A stretch of 64,000 nucleotides of DNA, taken from assembly GCF_018977255.1 (NCBI RefSeq), contig NW_024704743.1, positions 114,702,001-114,766,000 of the forward strand, written 5' to 3'. Position numbers and translations under genes: made by a program. This DNA is from Callorhinchus milii (taxonomy: Eukaryota). The notes beneath the pieces were generated by a model. That model saw only the letters and a list, made by a program, of their open reading frames with translations, was not told where the DNA came from and made no database searches. Of this stretch, positions 1 to 13,400 are shown piece by piece (position 1 is the first letter of the stretch; each line of letters begins with the position of its first letter).

Positions 1-809
1 ACTGAGCTACAGGACTCCTCAAATATACAGGAATAAGTGAGTTCTAGACAATTAGTCTGAATAGCTTTCTTCCATTCTAATGTTCCATTTGTATTATTAT
101 TATGACTATGACAAAGATTTTTTAAAATTTCCTTGGAGGTTGGCAATATCAATAAGGATATCAAGGGATATGAAGAATAGATGGGGAAATGAAAAAGGAA
201 ACTGCCATTAACTTAATGGTGAAGCATACAGTTACAGTCAGTGAAATTTGAGGTATTTTCTGGGCTGCAAAACAGTCCCAGAGGTGAAACAACAGACCAC
301 CAACCCATTGTGCCCACTCAGTCTCTCTCCACTGTTTGTCACTTCCACTTCAACTAATTGCACACTTATGGTGAATTGACAATAATTCTCAAATTTTGGC
401 TACTCAAATGTGCTAAAGTTGCATTAAAACTCTGAATGCAATGTCTAGGACTAGGAAGACTGCCAATCCATGTTTCTCCAATCAATCACCAATGGTCCCT
501 TCGCGTATATAGTATTATTGGAGCAGCTCTGATCGTTTGGTGATATCCAGTATGACAGGTCCCCAGCGGGTTTCAGCTGGCTGAAGATTATGAGGAACAA
601 TTTCTCCTCAATCACAGAATCATAGAATTATACAACACAGAATGAGTCCATTCGGCCCATCATGTCTGTGCCGGCTTTTTGAAAAGAGCTATCCAATTCG
701 ATCCCACACCCCCACACTCTATCCAAATAAACAAACAAAAACGTGCATTTATATAGTGCTGGTTGTAGCACAGATTGTAAGTAGATCTTTTACACAATCA
801 GGTCAGTAC

Positions 810-913
810 CTTGGAGATAACATCTTGCATTTCACTTCTTGGATGGTACGTCCCATCATCGTATCGAAACCTGTACAGCATATGCTCCGGTTTAAACTGA
901 TGCTTGTCTGTTA
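810..913 (-). CDS. PREX2: PREX2 exon 12 (DEP1 end), [34 protein letters not shown]
   Basis: 104 nt, phase 1-0, AG/GT bounded; [17 protein letters not shown] motif. Confidence 0.95.
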
Positions 914-1009
914 CTGAAATCAATCACAGAGGGAATCAGTCAAACATGAGCAAGTATAAAGTTACTTTAACTTGTCTTCTTCCTCATTTCTCAGTCTCCA
1001 GCTCGCGAT

Positions 1010-1488
1010 GCCCACCAAGCTTTCCAGGAGCCGTTTGTGCTGTCGGTCACCCACCCCACCCCGCCCCCCCCACCCAACAACAACAGCAACAACAACAACT
1101 TGCATTGATATAACCTCTTCATGCAGGGTAGTGTCCCAGAGAGCTTCAACCGCTGTGACGCCACCCGCCTTGTCTCACTCACCTCCAATCCACACGATAA
1201 GATCTACCATAAAGTTGCCTCTGGTTGGTCGCAGCACCAGGTCAGAACACTGACTCCAACTGCTCCGTCCCTCCACCCTATGACCTCGCTCCCTCTCCCA
1301 CTCTCTCATTGGTCTTCTGTCACGAGGGTCAGAGGGCGAGGGTCAGATTGCTCGGAGTCAGCATTGTTACCCGTCACACAGACCTTGCTGTGTGGATTGG
1401 GGTGAACGAACTAATGGCGGGCAGTGTTACGGCGATTGCTGGGGGGGAGCAGTACGCGTGGCTTCTGGAAGTCTCAGCTGGTGGTGCT
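1010..1488. repeat. Long imperfect palindrome, left arm interrupted by an L2 tail (about 1075-1148)
   Basis: Three nested complementary segment pairs: 1011-1043/1447-1484, 1148-1205/1381-1437, 1250-1288/1323-1362. Confidence 0.7.
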
Positions 1489-4069
1489 CAGCTTCTTTGT
1501 TTTATGTCATGCTATGCAACGTTTTTCATATTATTTTGTGTTATTTGGCATCTGTGCACAATTGGCTTCCACAAAATATACAGTTAATACACTTTGCAAT
1601 ATATCCTGTGAAGGGCTTTGAAACTTCTCAACAAATCGATTAGGCGCTATATCAAATGCAAGGATTGCTATTATTATTATTTACAAAAAACTCTGGTAAA
1701 TGTTAAATCCATTTAGGTAATATAGTCGCTATTGGATACTTAATAGGTATAAAATCCACATGGTTAACTCTTTAAACTTATAAATATCATATAGTGGCCT
1801 TTTGTGTGCTGGAGCGGTAATAAAAACTGCTTCTCACGCAATCTCACTCAACCTCAGAGTCTATGATTGCTTTGCATTAGAACTCCTGCTGTGAAGTCAT
1901 GGGATTCACAGCCAACAGCAAAGAATAAATGAAAATTCTAATTAGAAATCAAACATTGCACATGTATATTGATATGGACTTAAATTAACGCATTTATTTT
2001 GGCACAAGAGAGCACAATTTTTGCTTCCAACCTTGTCTTAAGACAAGATTTCTTGGTGTAACAAACCCTGAGACAAATGCACATATTTTCGACCACAAAA
2101 TACACACAGTCACACCACTTTACAGTATATCCTGTGAAATGGTTTGAGATGTCTCAACGATGTGACCACGCATACATCAAATTCAAGAATCATTATTTTA
2201 CATTATGACCAAAGTGTGAGATTCTTTATGGCTCTCAAACATTGCTTTGCAATGTTTTGTTTTTTAAATTTAAATTTAAATCTGCAAACATAAAGATAGG
2301 AAAACTGGCAGGAACAAAAGTCAAAGTGTGTGAGATCAGAGCACCAATATCCCCGATGTCTCACACAAAACATGTAAAAGTAGAAGAAAGGTTTACGGAG
2401 CAAAAAACAAACTTCTCGATTAAGAGGGAATTAACGGGTGTTCAGAACCAGGTTGAGGTGGCCCAACCACATTTTACGAAGGACACTTTTTTTTCACATA
2501 GAATTATACAAAATGATACAGCAAGGAAACATTGTCAAGCGCTTTAAGCTGAATTGAAAGGTGCAATGCAAGTACAAGTTGTATATTATTTGGCCCAACT
2601 TGTCTGTGCCAGTGTTTATACCCAACATGAGCCTCCAACCCTCCTATTCCCCCTCTTCTTAGCCCCTTGATTCTCTTCTCCCTCATGTCTATAGCAAATT
2701 TTCTCCTAAATATGTTAATGATTGAATACTAAAACCCAGCAGACAGTGGTTTTCATCCCATCGGTCCTCAGAGCTGAAAAACAATACCGCTAGCCGACTG
2801 CATCATCCTACACACCACTGCAAAGGCACACCAGCATGCATGTATATTGTATTAAGCTGTATACATACTCCCAATTTGTTGTTTTTTTTAAATCATTTTG
2901 ATTTTGTTCTCATCACTCCAGACGATGAATTACTTCCTACAGCCCCAGTTGAGATTACAGAAAGAATCTTTCCTGAGGACAATAGGGGAACTTTACATTC
3001 CAGATGATATCTTTCATTTTGCAAACTGCGTCAATCTTCCTGAACCAGTTGGCAACAAGACAATGCTGTAAATTTCCAATAAACATTCAGCCTCACTTCC
3101 AGCAATTTAATAATGCTTTTACATTACTGGCATGTCTCCTAGGGTAAGCTTGTCACCAGAGGCAACTAGTAATATATAACAGCCAGTTTTGCCAGCTTCA
3201 TATCCGGCAAGACCCCACTCAAAGAGTCGAATCTGGAGCTGCCTCCACATAATAATAATCCTTGCAATTGATACAGCGCCTTTCACATCGGCAGGACATC
3301 TGAAAGGCCCTCACAAGATTGACTGTAAAGTGTAGAGTATTTTTATTGGCAAGGGGGCAGGCAATTTGCACACATCAATGTCCTACAAGCAGCCGTGAAG
3401 TAAATGACTAATTTTATTTGGGGGATTGTTGACCAGGAAATCTGGGGAAACTCCTTTCTCTTTCCAAATAGTGACATGAGATCTTTAACATCCACCGGGA
3501 ACAGGCAACCATCTCATCCAAATGACGGCCCCTTCAAATGGTGCTCCCCCTGCTCTACATTGTATTGAGTAAACACTGGCACAGACAAGATGGACCAAAT
3601 ACAATACAACTTGCACTTGCATTGCGCCTTTCAATTCAGGAGGACAGTCCACAGCCTGGACTGTGAGTTCAAAGTCCCAACTCTGGAGCTTGAACCCAAA
3701 ACCTTCTGAGGCGAGAGTGCTAGCAACCCAGCCGGGTTGACACCAAAACCTGAGATCTGACTCGATATTCTAAAGTCACTGTTGGCACAATGTTCAGTGG
3801 CTACGAAATCCTGAAATCGTTTCAACCACAATACTCTGCAGCTTTCTGTGCTCCAGAGCCCCAAGAACCACAACATAAAAACACTAAAAGAGGCATACAA
3901 GAAATAATAACAGTAATAATCCTTGCGTTTCATGTAGGGTCCTATCACGTTGTTAAGACGTCTCAAAGCGCTTCACAGAATACACTGTTAAGTGAATTGA
4001 CTATATTTTGTGGGCGAAATGATATAGATGTTTCTTCCCCCCAACAGTTCGAAGCCTGCAGTGACTCAC

Positions 4070-4170
4070 CATGGTGAATGATCCCATTCTCCAGCAGTGC
4101 CTGTCCCAGGTGAACTCCTTCTTCAGGCTTACTGATCTCTTTGATTTCCATCAACCAGGCGACAAACTCA
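4070..4170 (-). CDS. PREX2: PREX2 exon 11 (DEP1), [33 protein letters not shown](V)
   Basis: 101 nt, phase 2-1, donor GTGAGT; lies within ORF 3963..4220. Confidence 0.95.
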
Positions 4171-4289
4171 CTAGTGAGACAAAACAGGGAAGGAACAGGA
4201 ACACACATGCTGAGTAACATGACTTCACAAGATTACAAGATTGCTTCGGATGAAGAAACCAATCTCAGACTTTTTTGAGAAGGATGACA

Positions 4290-5490
4290 CCCCCCAAATT
4301 GACTGTGGGAAGCCATTTGAAGCTGTATATCTAGATTTCCAAAAGGAGTTCAACAAAGTACCACATGAAAAACTCCTTCACAAATTGTGGGACTGGGTAT
4401 CAAGAGCAATGGACGTGGACTCAGAATTGGCTGAAATGAAGGAACCAACACCAACAACAACAACAAGATTACATTTGTATAGCGCCTTTCACGTTGGGAG
4501 GACATCCCAAGGCGCTGGACAGAGTACAGCATTTCAGACACGAGCTGGGGTCGTGGGGGGGGGATGGGAGGGGATGGGGAAGGGGGGTGGCCGATGGCAT
4601 GGTCGAAGAACCAAAGGGTCTTTGTTAGGGAAGCTAGGTCAAAATGGGGAGAGTTATAAGTGGGGTGACTCAGGGGTCTGTACTGGGACTCCCTCCTGTT
4701 CCTCATATATCTTAATGACATGGATTTGCACACCCAGTGTACGATAGTTAAATTTGCAGATGACACCAATGACACTGGATGGAATGAGAGGAGGCAGCAA
4801 TATTCCTACAAAGAGAGCTTGATAGGGTATGCACATGGGCTGATAGTTAGCAAATCAAGTTTAACACTGATAAATGCAAAGTACTACACATAGGATCCAA
4901 GAACAGGAAACACAAGTATAACACGAACGGGATTGAACTCGGCAAGGGGGAAATTGAAAGAGATCTAAGGGTGCAAATTGACTCTATCCCTCACAATGTC
5001 AAATTAGTCTGAGGCAGCAATAACCAAGGTAAACAGGATGCTGGGTTATATTGTTAAATCAGTTGAGTTTAGATCCCCAGATGTCAGTCTCAGGCAGTTC
5101 AGCTCTCTGGTCAGACTGCACCTTGTATACTGCATATAGATCTGATCACCACAACGTAAGGGAGCACCAGGCTCTAGAGGCTGTACACGGGAGGGCAACC
5201 GGGATAATCCCCAGTGTAAGAGGAATGAGTTATGATGTGCAACGATTCAACACAAGCTTCAATCTTGAGAAAGAGAACTCAGAAGACCTCAGAGTGGTGC
5301 ATCGAAAAGTAAACACAGATCATTACTTCAGCATGTATTATGGCAGCAGAATAAGAGTTGTAAAGAGCAATTTCAGGACAGATAACAGGAATTTTTTTAA
5401 AAGCAGAGGGTACCCAATGACTGGAATAGGCTGACAAGAAATGTGATGGAGGCCAGGACACCGGACTCATTTAAAAGCGTTGATGGAAGA
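4290..5490 (+). mobile_element. Degenerate CR1 LINE RT/3' fragment, interrupted by an L2 3' end (about 4446-4625, minus)
   Basis: AVYLDFQKEFNKVPH and KFADDT remnants plus typical CR1 C-terminal sequence; (CAA)n-led L2 tail nested inside. Confidence 0.85.
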
Positions 5491-6137
5491 ATATTAGGGA
5501 AGATGTTCTGGTTTCTATTTGAATCCTGCCATTTGCAACCCTGAACCAATATCAATTCAATTAGTAGTGAACTGTTTCATTGTGTAAGCTGCACTTAAAT
5601 GATTTCTTTGAAGATTGGTTACAAGGAGCAAGCCTTGACTACGAGTTCCTCCAGCACGCTTTGCACATCTTTATCAAACGCATTGGGAACGAATTTTCAG
5701 TATTTCTTTATTAGATATCTTAATAAGAAATGTATAATTCATAAATTTCTAAAAGGAGTATTCTGAAGAATACAGTTCATCAGCAAATTCAATGTTTCAG
5801 AAATTCAAAAAGTATACATTCCTTATGAAAGGTTGGGATTCAAACCCAGGAGCTTCCAATCCCAAGCCTTTCAACCAACATTCAACCGACTGAGCTACTC
5901 AGGATGAGCTCACGGTTTCCATATAGGAATTGTTGGCGGCTCACAATATCGCAATGCATTTTTCTAAACACACTTGTAATATAAAGAGGAACGTTAGCCT
6001 GTCCCACTGTGGTAGTCACTATGTTAAGCAAGTACACCCCATGACAAAACACTCCAGTTAACAAACCTAATGAATTCAATTTTGTTTCTCAACAGAAGAT
6101 TAACCACAATTTTTTTTAAAAAAACAGCTGAAATTAC

Positions 6138-6282
6138 CTGCCCAAGAAGCATTTTGGAAAAGTGCTGAGTTTCCGTTTCCGATCCTTGATTAAGTTGCCA
6201 TGTTTGCACATCATGTGATAGAGCTTCTCCCCCTTTTCAGAGATCATCACCCAGGTATCTTGCTCCACGCCTAATTTCAAAC
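6138..6282 (-). CDS. PREX2: PREX2 exon 10 (DEP1 start), (C)[47 protein letters not shown](S)
   Basis: 145 nt, phase 1-2, AG/GT bounded; [10 protein letters not shown] favours PREX2 over PREX1. Confidence 0.95.
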
Positions 6283-9200
6283 CTAGTGTAAAAAAGAAGA
6301 CTTTTTTTTACTTTTAAAATACTGAGGAAGCTGCTGTGTGACATGTTTGACTTAGCTCTGCCAGCTAAAAGGTTAGGCCTTTTATATTCCACCCAAAGAA
6401 CTACCTCTTTCACTGCGTCTATAGTCACTTCCCACTCTTTCCTTGCTCAAGTCTAATCCGCCATTGTACAATGCTTCAAGACACTATTGTGCGTGAAGCC
6501 CACTATATAAATGCAAGTTGTTGTTTTGGTCTCCCCCACTGCTGTCAGCTATTCTGCTCAACTCGAATATTCTCCTTTGCTTTCCTGAATAACCCCAAAG
6601 CAATTTTAAATTTACTTTTGCATTAACAATGCAATGTACTGGTCAAAATGACATTAGATTAGATTTCGCCCACGAAATACACAGAAAATCCACTTTACAA
6701 TACATTCTGTGAAGCGCTTTGAGACATCACAATGACGTGATGAGGTGGCATATCAGATGCAAGGCTTATTATTATATTATTATTAATTTATAAGAGTCAA
6801 ATTGGTGAAGTTTATCTAATGGGGCAGAATCAAGCTTACCCCATTGCAATGAATTCATTACATGGAGCAGAATAAGCCTCAATGATTCCCCTTCTCCTTA
6901 ACCTGGAAAGAAATTTCTCTCTTTCATGATCCAAAGAACGATTATCACAGTGGGACCCAAACATCAACAGACAAGCAGTTTTAAAGGATGTCTAAAGAGA
7001 ATCCCCCAGAGCAATTAGAAAGTAATATCAATGAAGAAATCAATGAACCAGAAACTAAAACATAAAAGGCGGCATGAACAAAGCCTCAGGAAACACAGTA
7101 AGACAACTGGAGAACTGCAAATTACAAAGAAAAATAATAGAAAGAAGCTGTGCTATTGTCCTATTAATCTGAATAAAATATATTAAAGAGAAAGTGAACG
7201 TCAAGAATGCTGAGACTATACAAACTAACTTTTTAAAAATAATTTAGAAAAATTGAATGCTCAAGATCTCAAAATCAATCCCCATTTGCCCATTGGGGAT
7301 TTAACAAATCCAATGATTTATTCAACTACACAATGTTCACAGTGTAGTCTGACACCCCAGTGCAGTACTGGGGGGAGGTGGCCGTCCTTTGGATGAGACA
7401 TTAAACCAAGGTACTTTCTACACATTCTGATGGTTCAAGTGGATATTGAAGATCCAGTGGTAATTTTCATAGAGTAGGGAATTGTTTACTAGTGTTCAGG
7501 TCAATCATCTTCCCTCATCCAAATTCTCAAAGAAATCAGAATAACTGATCTTTTGTCTCATTGTTGCTTGTGAAACATTGCTGGCACAATGAATTAGGTT
7601 TTCCCCACATATTATCAGTTACTACATTTTGAAATAACTCATTGTGCCAAGTCCTTTGAGATGTTTCCAGTTGATAACACAAACAGTGCTCATTTTTGTT
7701 ATATCTCTGATGCGGATTGGCAGAACTCTGAGAAAAAACGTCAAAGTAATTCTATCTCTTTTCCAATTGAGAAATAAAGAGGTGTGCGCCAGAAGGTCTG
7801 AAAGCGACATGAGGGATAGAGTAATAATTATACCTCGTTGATACAGCTGGAAGCTGTAAAGTGAAAAAAAACACTCCTGTCTGCCAAAGCACATTGTATC
7901 AACGGAATCTGAAACCAACAACGAGGCAATGGTAGAGCTAGTTAATGAATATGTACAGATGTACATGAGTAAGTCCCACCTAACATAGGAAATGATGAAG
8001 CTCTTCAAGGCTCTATCCTGTGTGAAGGGTGCTATATAAATACAAATTGTTCTTGTTCTTTCCACATCAGCAACCTCCGCTGGAAAGAACAAGTGTGTAG
8101 ACCTGCAGGTCTGCCCACAAATGTCCCCATGGTACAGTGATCTGCAGTACTCACTCTCTAGCCTTTGAGTCATTTTCTAAAAAGTGGAGCTTGCTTTTGT
8201 TAGATAATACTAATAATAATTGTTTGGCACTAAACAAAAGGAAAAAAAAAGCCACATAAACAGGATAAACTGGATAAGAAGAGTTTTAAAAAAATGGTTC
8301 TGTGTAGTGTTTCCTACTGTGGGAAGGAAAAACAACAACAAGCAGATGGGCCATGTTGCAGCTGATGTATTTATAGTATCTCCTCAGGGTTCTTGACTTC
8401 CTCAATGATGTCACTGTCTCCTGTCTTGTGGATGCCAGTGTAACCCCAGGGTAAGGATTCAAGTGATCAGACGAGAGAGAGATTCATTACAAACTTCTAG
8501 TATGAGATTATGTGAGCCTATAAACATGGATGCTCTGGGTGTACGCCAAGTTTGCAAGCCAACTTTTTTTTCTGCAGTAATGAGAGCCTGTTAGAAGTCA
8601 CCGCACTGTCACATTACAAGGTGGAGGCGTAGAAATTTACGATGCTCTTTTGCAACCATTTTTCTTTCTTTTTTTCTGATCGCATTCTTTGCACTTAACC
8701 CTCACCTACAAAATATACACTACACCTTACAGTGATAGATGCATTTAAGATCAATCTAAATATACACTTGAGGGAGAAGGGAATAGAAGGGTATGGGAGG
8801 GAGTAAGGAGTGGGTGGAGACTCATGGGGAGTATGAACACGGGCATGGACTATTTGTGCTGTAAGTCTCTGTAAATCTATACATCTCTGCAATTTCTGTG
8901 AAGTGCTTTGAGATGTCTTGATACCATAAGGAGCTATATTGAATAGAGGAACTATTATTATTTGTTTGCCGTTAATATTTTCTCTTCTAATTTTTGTTTC
9001 CTGCCTACCTTCGGAATGTAGGAATGACGGCCGGAAAGGACCATTGTGTTTGGTCCTAAAGTAAATCAACAATCACAGGCTACTTGAATCTTTCGTGCCC
9101 AACAATGTTTTCACACTAAATAGCTATTTAATTCTCACCTGAAGGTCCTGGCTTAGTTTCGTCATGTACTTTTTCGTACTCTGCTTCTACACAATTACAT

Positions 9201-10297
9201 AGAGTGAAATGGCATAGAAATAGACCATTCAGTCCAACTATTCACTGCTGCTGTTTATACACCACACAAACGGCCACCACTCTTAATCTCCTCTATTCCC
9301 TCATTTTTATTTGTGGTCAACCGGGTCTCTGACACATGCAGAAACCCATCACCCTGAAAAACAGTTTCCAAACCAAATGGAGAGTTCTGTGAGGACTCTC
9401 TTCCTGGCATCCTGCTTAATTAATTTGTTTTTGCCACAGGTTGGCAAGAACCAAAACTTGGGGACCCCAGAATGTGCAATGGGGTGCTGATGGAGTTTAA
9501 CCATCTAACTATCTGTTTGTAAACTAATTCCCCTTTATTTCTAACTCATGCAACAATAATAATAATATGCCTTATCACATCATTGAGATGTTTCAAAGCA
9601 CTTCACAGGATTTACTGTAAAGTAGTGTAGGCAAACACTACACTAACAGTATTAACTGAGATAAAATCTGCTAAGGGAACAATACATCTTCCTTGGTCTA
9701 GTATTGTTAGCAAATCACGCTCTCCATAGTCACTGATTCTTTCATGCTACATATTACACTTTATAAGCGCACTATAAAGGATATTTATTGACAAGGACAG
9801 CTTCAGATGCCTTGAATCTAAAAAAAAAGTCTATTTATTATTAATACAAAAAAGGTCAGCTCTTTAATCTGCTGAATAAAAGTCATATCTAGAATCTCTC
9901 CAGAACTTGCTTTGAAGATGGAATCTATGGGCAACTTTTGTGACGCAACTATAATTTAATTCTTTTCCCCATCAAAGTTAAAGGCACAAACAGTACTTGA
10001 TTTGTGACTGGTACACATTGTCCTGAATATTGTTTATAAGAGAAAAAATATCTGAACGGCCATTAAGATACTTTTAATATTGGAAAACCATTTCCTGTTT
10101 AGCTTTTCATTGCAATCCAGTTTTCAAAGACAGTCAGCCCAGAAACCCACAGAACCATTAATAAAAGAGTCCTAAAACCTTGCCACCAGAGGTAGACTCA
10201 CACTGAAGATTAGTTTTTCGCTGATTTAATGTTCCAGAGGTTGTTCACAGCAGATCGAATTCACAAAAGAATTTGCAAAAGAGAGTTTATGACTTAC

Positions 10298-10447
10298 ACT
10301 TTCTGCATTCTCGTTCCTTCAAAAAGGCCTCCAACCAATCCTGTTTCTCCTCTGGTGTCTTGGCCATACAGACAAACCATTTATTTTTGGCGGTATTGTG
10401 GATCTTCCAGCCGTTGATGACGGTATGGCCACTGCTGTGATAATCGG
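10298..10447 (-). CDS. PREX2: PREX2 exon 9 (PH end), [49 protein letters not shown]
   Basis: 150 nt, phase 1-1, donor GTAAGT. Confidence 0.95.
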
Positions 10448-13400
10448 CTGGAAGAAACAACAATCCTGATCAAACCCACGCACAGTATCGCGTATGCCCC
10501 AAACGAAAGTAAATGCACTTAATATGGAGCATTGATATTCTGCTAAGACAATAGTTTCCTGTATCTTTGAACAGCCATTCTGTACGATACCAACCAGTGT
10601 AAAGCTGAGAGCACGAATGAAATACGTAACGCACTTGCACGTCTTTTTAAAAAGGTGAAAAAAATCAATAGGCAACTAAAAGGTCCTCATTGTTTTCACA
10701 GGATGCACACTAGGATAAGTGCAGACATAAAGGCAAAGAGTAATGCCTGCATCAAGCCTTAAGTAGCCATTAGTGGCTGTGTTTATTACGGTCATTATAT
10801 AACAGAGGATATCAATATTGTTCAATATTAATACAAAGCGACAAAAGGTTTCTGATGAGTCAAGATCTATATATTAGTTTACTAATGCATACTTCTGCCA
10901 GTCAAGCCAATCATATCCTAGTAAATTGTCTTTTTGTACCAAATAGTTGGGGAGAAAGTCCACATGCATTCAGATTGATGTGGAATATTAGAGCATCCAG
11001 AATTCGGAAAATTCTTAAATAAATACAGGCTTAATTCTGAAGCCTTTTTCCTGCAAGTTCTTTCCAAAAAGCCACAGTATACCGACTTCAAAGTTAGGAT
11101 TGAATTCAACGATTTTGTCAAATTCTGGATGCTCTGAAATGGTATGTAAATAGAGTTAATTTAGGCCTCAGAGGAATTTCTCCCCAAGTCTCATTTGAAA
11201 GTCACTGGAGTACCAGAATGGTGCTTAGAGGATCATGCTACCTAAGCGAGGTTTAGCTCACAAACTGAAGACACTTCTAAACCTCCACGTTTGCCTCAAG
11301 ATTAATGCCGTCCTGTCTGGTATTTCTCCTCTGACCCAGTTACCACCAGGCGGGAGAATCTCCTTCCCCTCCCCACTTCCCATCTGAGAGCGTTTCTCTA
11401 AGAAATAGTACTCATCAGTTCTGAAAGGGTTAAAGGTCAGTATCCACTGAGATTCAAACCCAGACCTTCCGGTTCTGACTAATCAAGCTGTCAGGATATG
11501 AATTGCCATTCGTTACCAATAAAATCCTCTAGTTGAACACACTAAGATTATTCTCTCATCATTATTAAATTCACCAAACCTTTGACAGTGAGGATTTATT
11601 ATTTTCCGCTGCTAAATTTACCAGCTCTGGGAATACGTTCTTAAAAATTGGAAATGCAAATGTTTAAAGAAAGATCCTGCATTTGTAGAACAAGTTCTTT
11701 TCACATCAAAGTGTTTCACAGGCAATTCCTCAGGCTCCCCCACCGCCACCATCCATCTTTAAATCCTTCTCCCTCTCCTATTCTCCATGCCCAACCCTAT
11801 ATTTCTGAAGCTCTCTAAGATATTATCCTTTTTGAAGAATGCTATATAAATGCTAGTTCTTGCTACTGTTAAATGTAAAGATTCTTTTGTCAGCAAACAC
11901 AGTGACTATTTATGTCAGTCAGGTTCCACAAAAAGCCTTGAGGTGATTAACCAATTAATCTGGTCACAACCCTTTTATATTGTCATCTGAGAACAGATAA
12001 TAGAGACAATATCTCATCTGTAAGATAACATTTCTAACAATACTACACTTGACTAGTTCCTAACTGGGCAATCAGTCTAAAATATGAACTCCTGACGTGG
12101 GGCTTGAACCCACAACCTTCGGGTTCAGAGTCGAAAATATGACTAAGTGAGCCAGGCTGCAGCCGATGAGTGGAGAAAGCACGGCCATTTCTAAGGTCAG
12201 TAAATTCACTGACAAAGTGGAAAATAATACCCAGGAGATGTTTCAAGCTACCTGAATTTCTGCTCAAGATATAACACTTCTAAATCACATTCAAAATTGT
12301 ATTGATCTCGCTAAATTTCGCCCACAAAAATACTTACGGTCACATTATTTTACAGTATATCTTGTGAAGTTCTTTGAGATGCCATAACAAAGTGATAAGG
12401 CACTATATCAAACATAAGGATTATTATTATATATATTATCATAAATTGGCTGTTTGCGGAACATTGTTGTGCGCAAATTGGCTCCCGTGTTGCCTCATAA
12501 AACCATGCACAGTCACACCAATTTGTAGTCTATCCTGTGAAATGCTTTGGGACTCCCTCACAACATAAAATGAGCCAAACCAAATGTAAGGATTATTATT
12601 ATTTTAATTGTAATAAATTTCTCCCCTCTCCATCCTGAAAGCATTTGACTCTTCTCCCCTCTCCTGGGGAATAAAATTTCATAAGTGCTGGGTATGCTCC
12701 GGTAGTTCATCCAAGAGACCCCATTAATCCAGGCTGACCCCGTTGCAAAGCCTTGCAAGAGAATCAGTCTAATATTGTTCCCCTTATCTCTGGCAATCAC
12801 GATGTACAAAGTGATGCTGGTGGTACCACCGATCATTTCTGCAGTAGTTAACATCATGTTTTATGCCTTGCCTTCATCAGGAGTGTAATTTTTCTTACAC
12901 CTTTTAGTATTATTAAAAAATTATTATTATTGAAAAATAAATAATAATAATTTGGTCACTCCATCCACGACTGTTTGTGGTACACTGCTATGCGCTATTG
13001 GCTGCTGCTTTTCGCAAAATATACAGTCCATTCACTTTGCAGTATGTTCTGTGAAGCGCTTTGAGATGTCGCACCAAATCTAGGGATTGTTATTATTATA
13101 AATCACTCCCATTTGCTTCAATTCCGTTCATAGTGAATCCTCGCTAACCCAGCACATTCAATCACAGGCATCAGAGCTGAGACTGATCTTGTCCTCACCC
13201 ACGTTCCACACACGAACACGACTGCAAACACACTTCTCATCCTTTTCTAATAAATGATTAGAAGTTGAAGATCTAAAGTTGTTTGAGTGGTCTAATGGCT
13301 GGTGTGAAGTAAATAATTAAACTCATTTATAGTTGTGCACAACTATCAAAAAGCAAGTCATAGCTTTTTACATTAGCTTTTTGAGCTAATAATCATAAAT

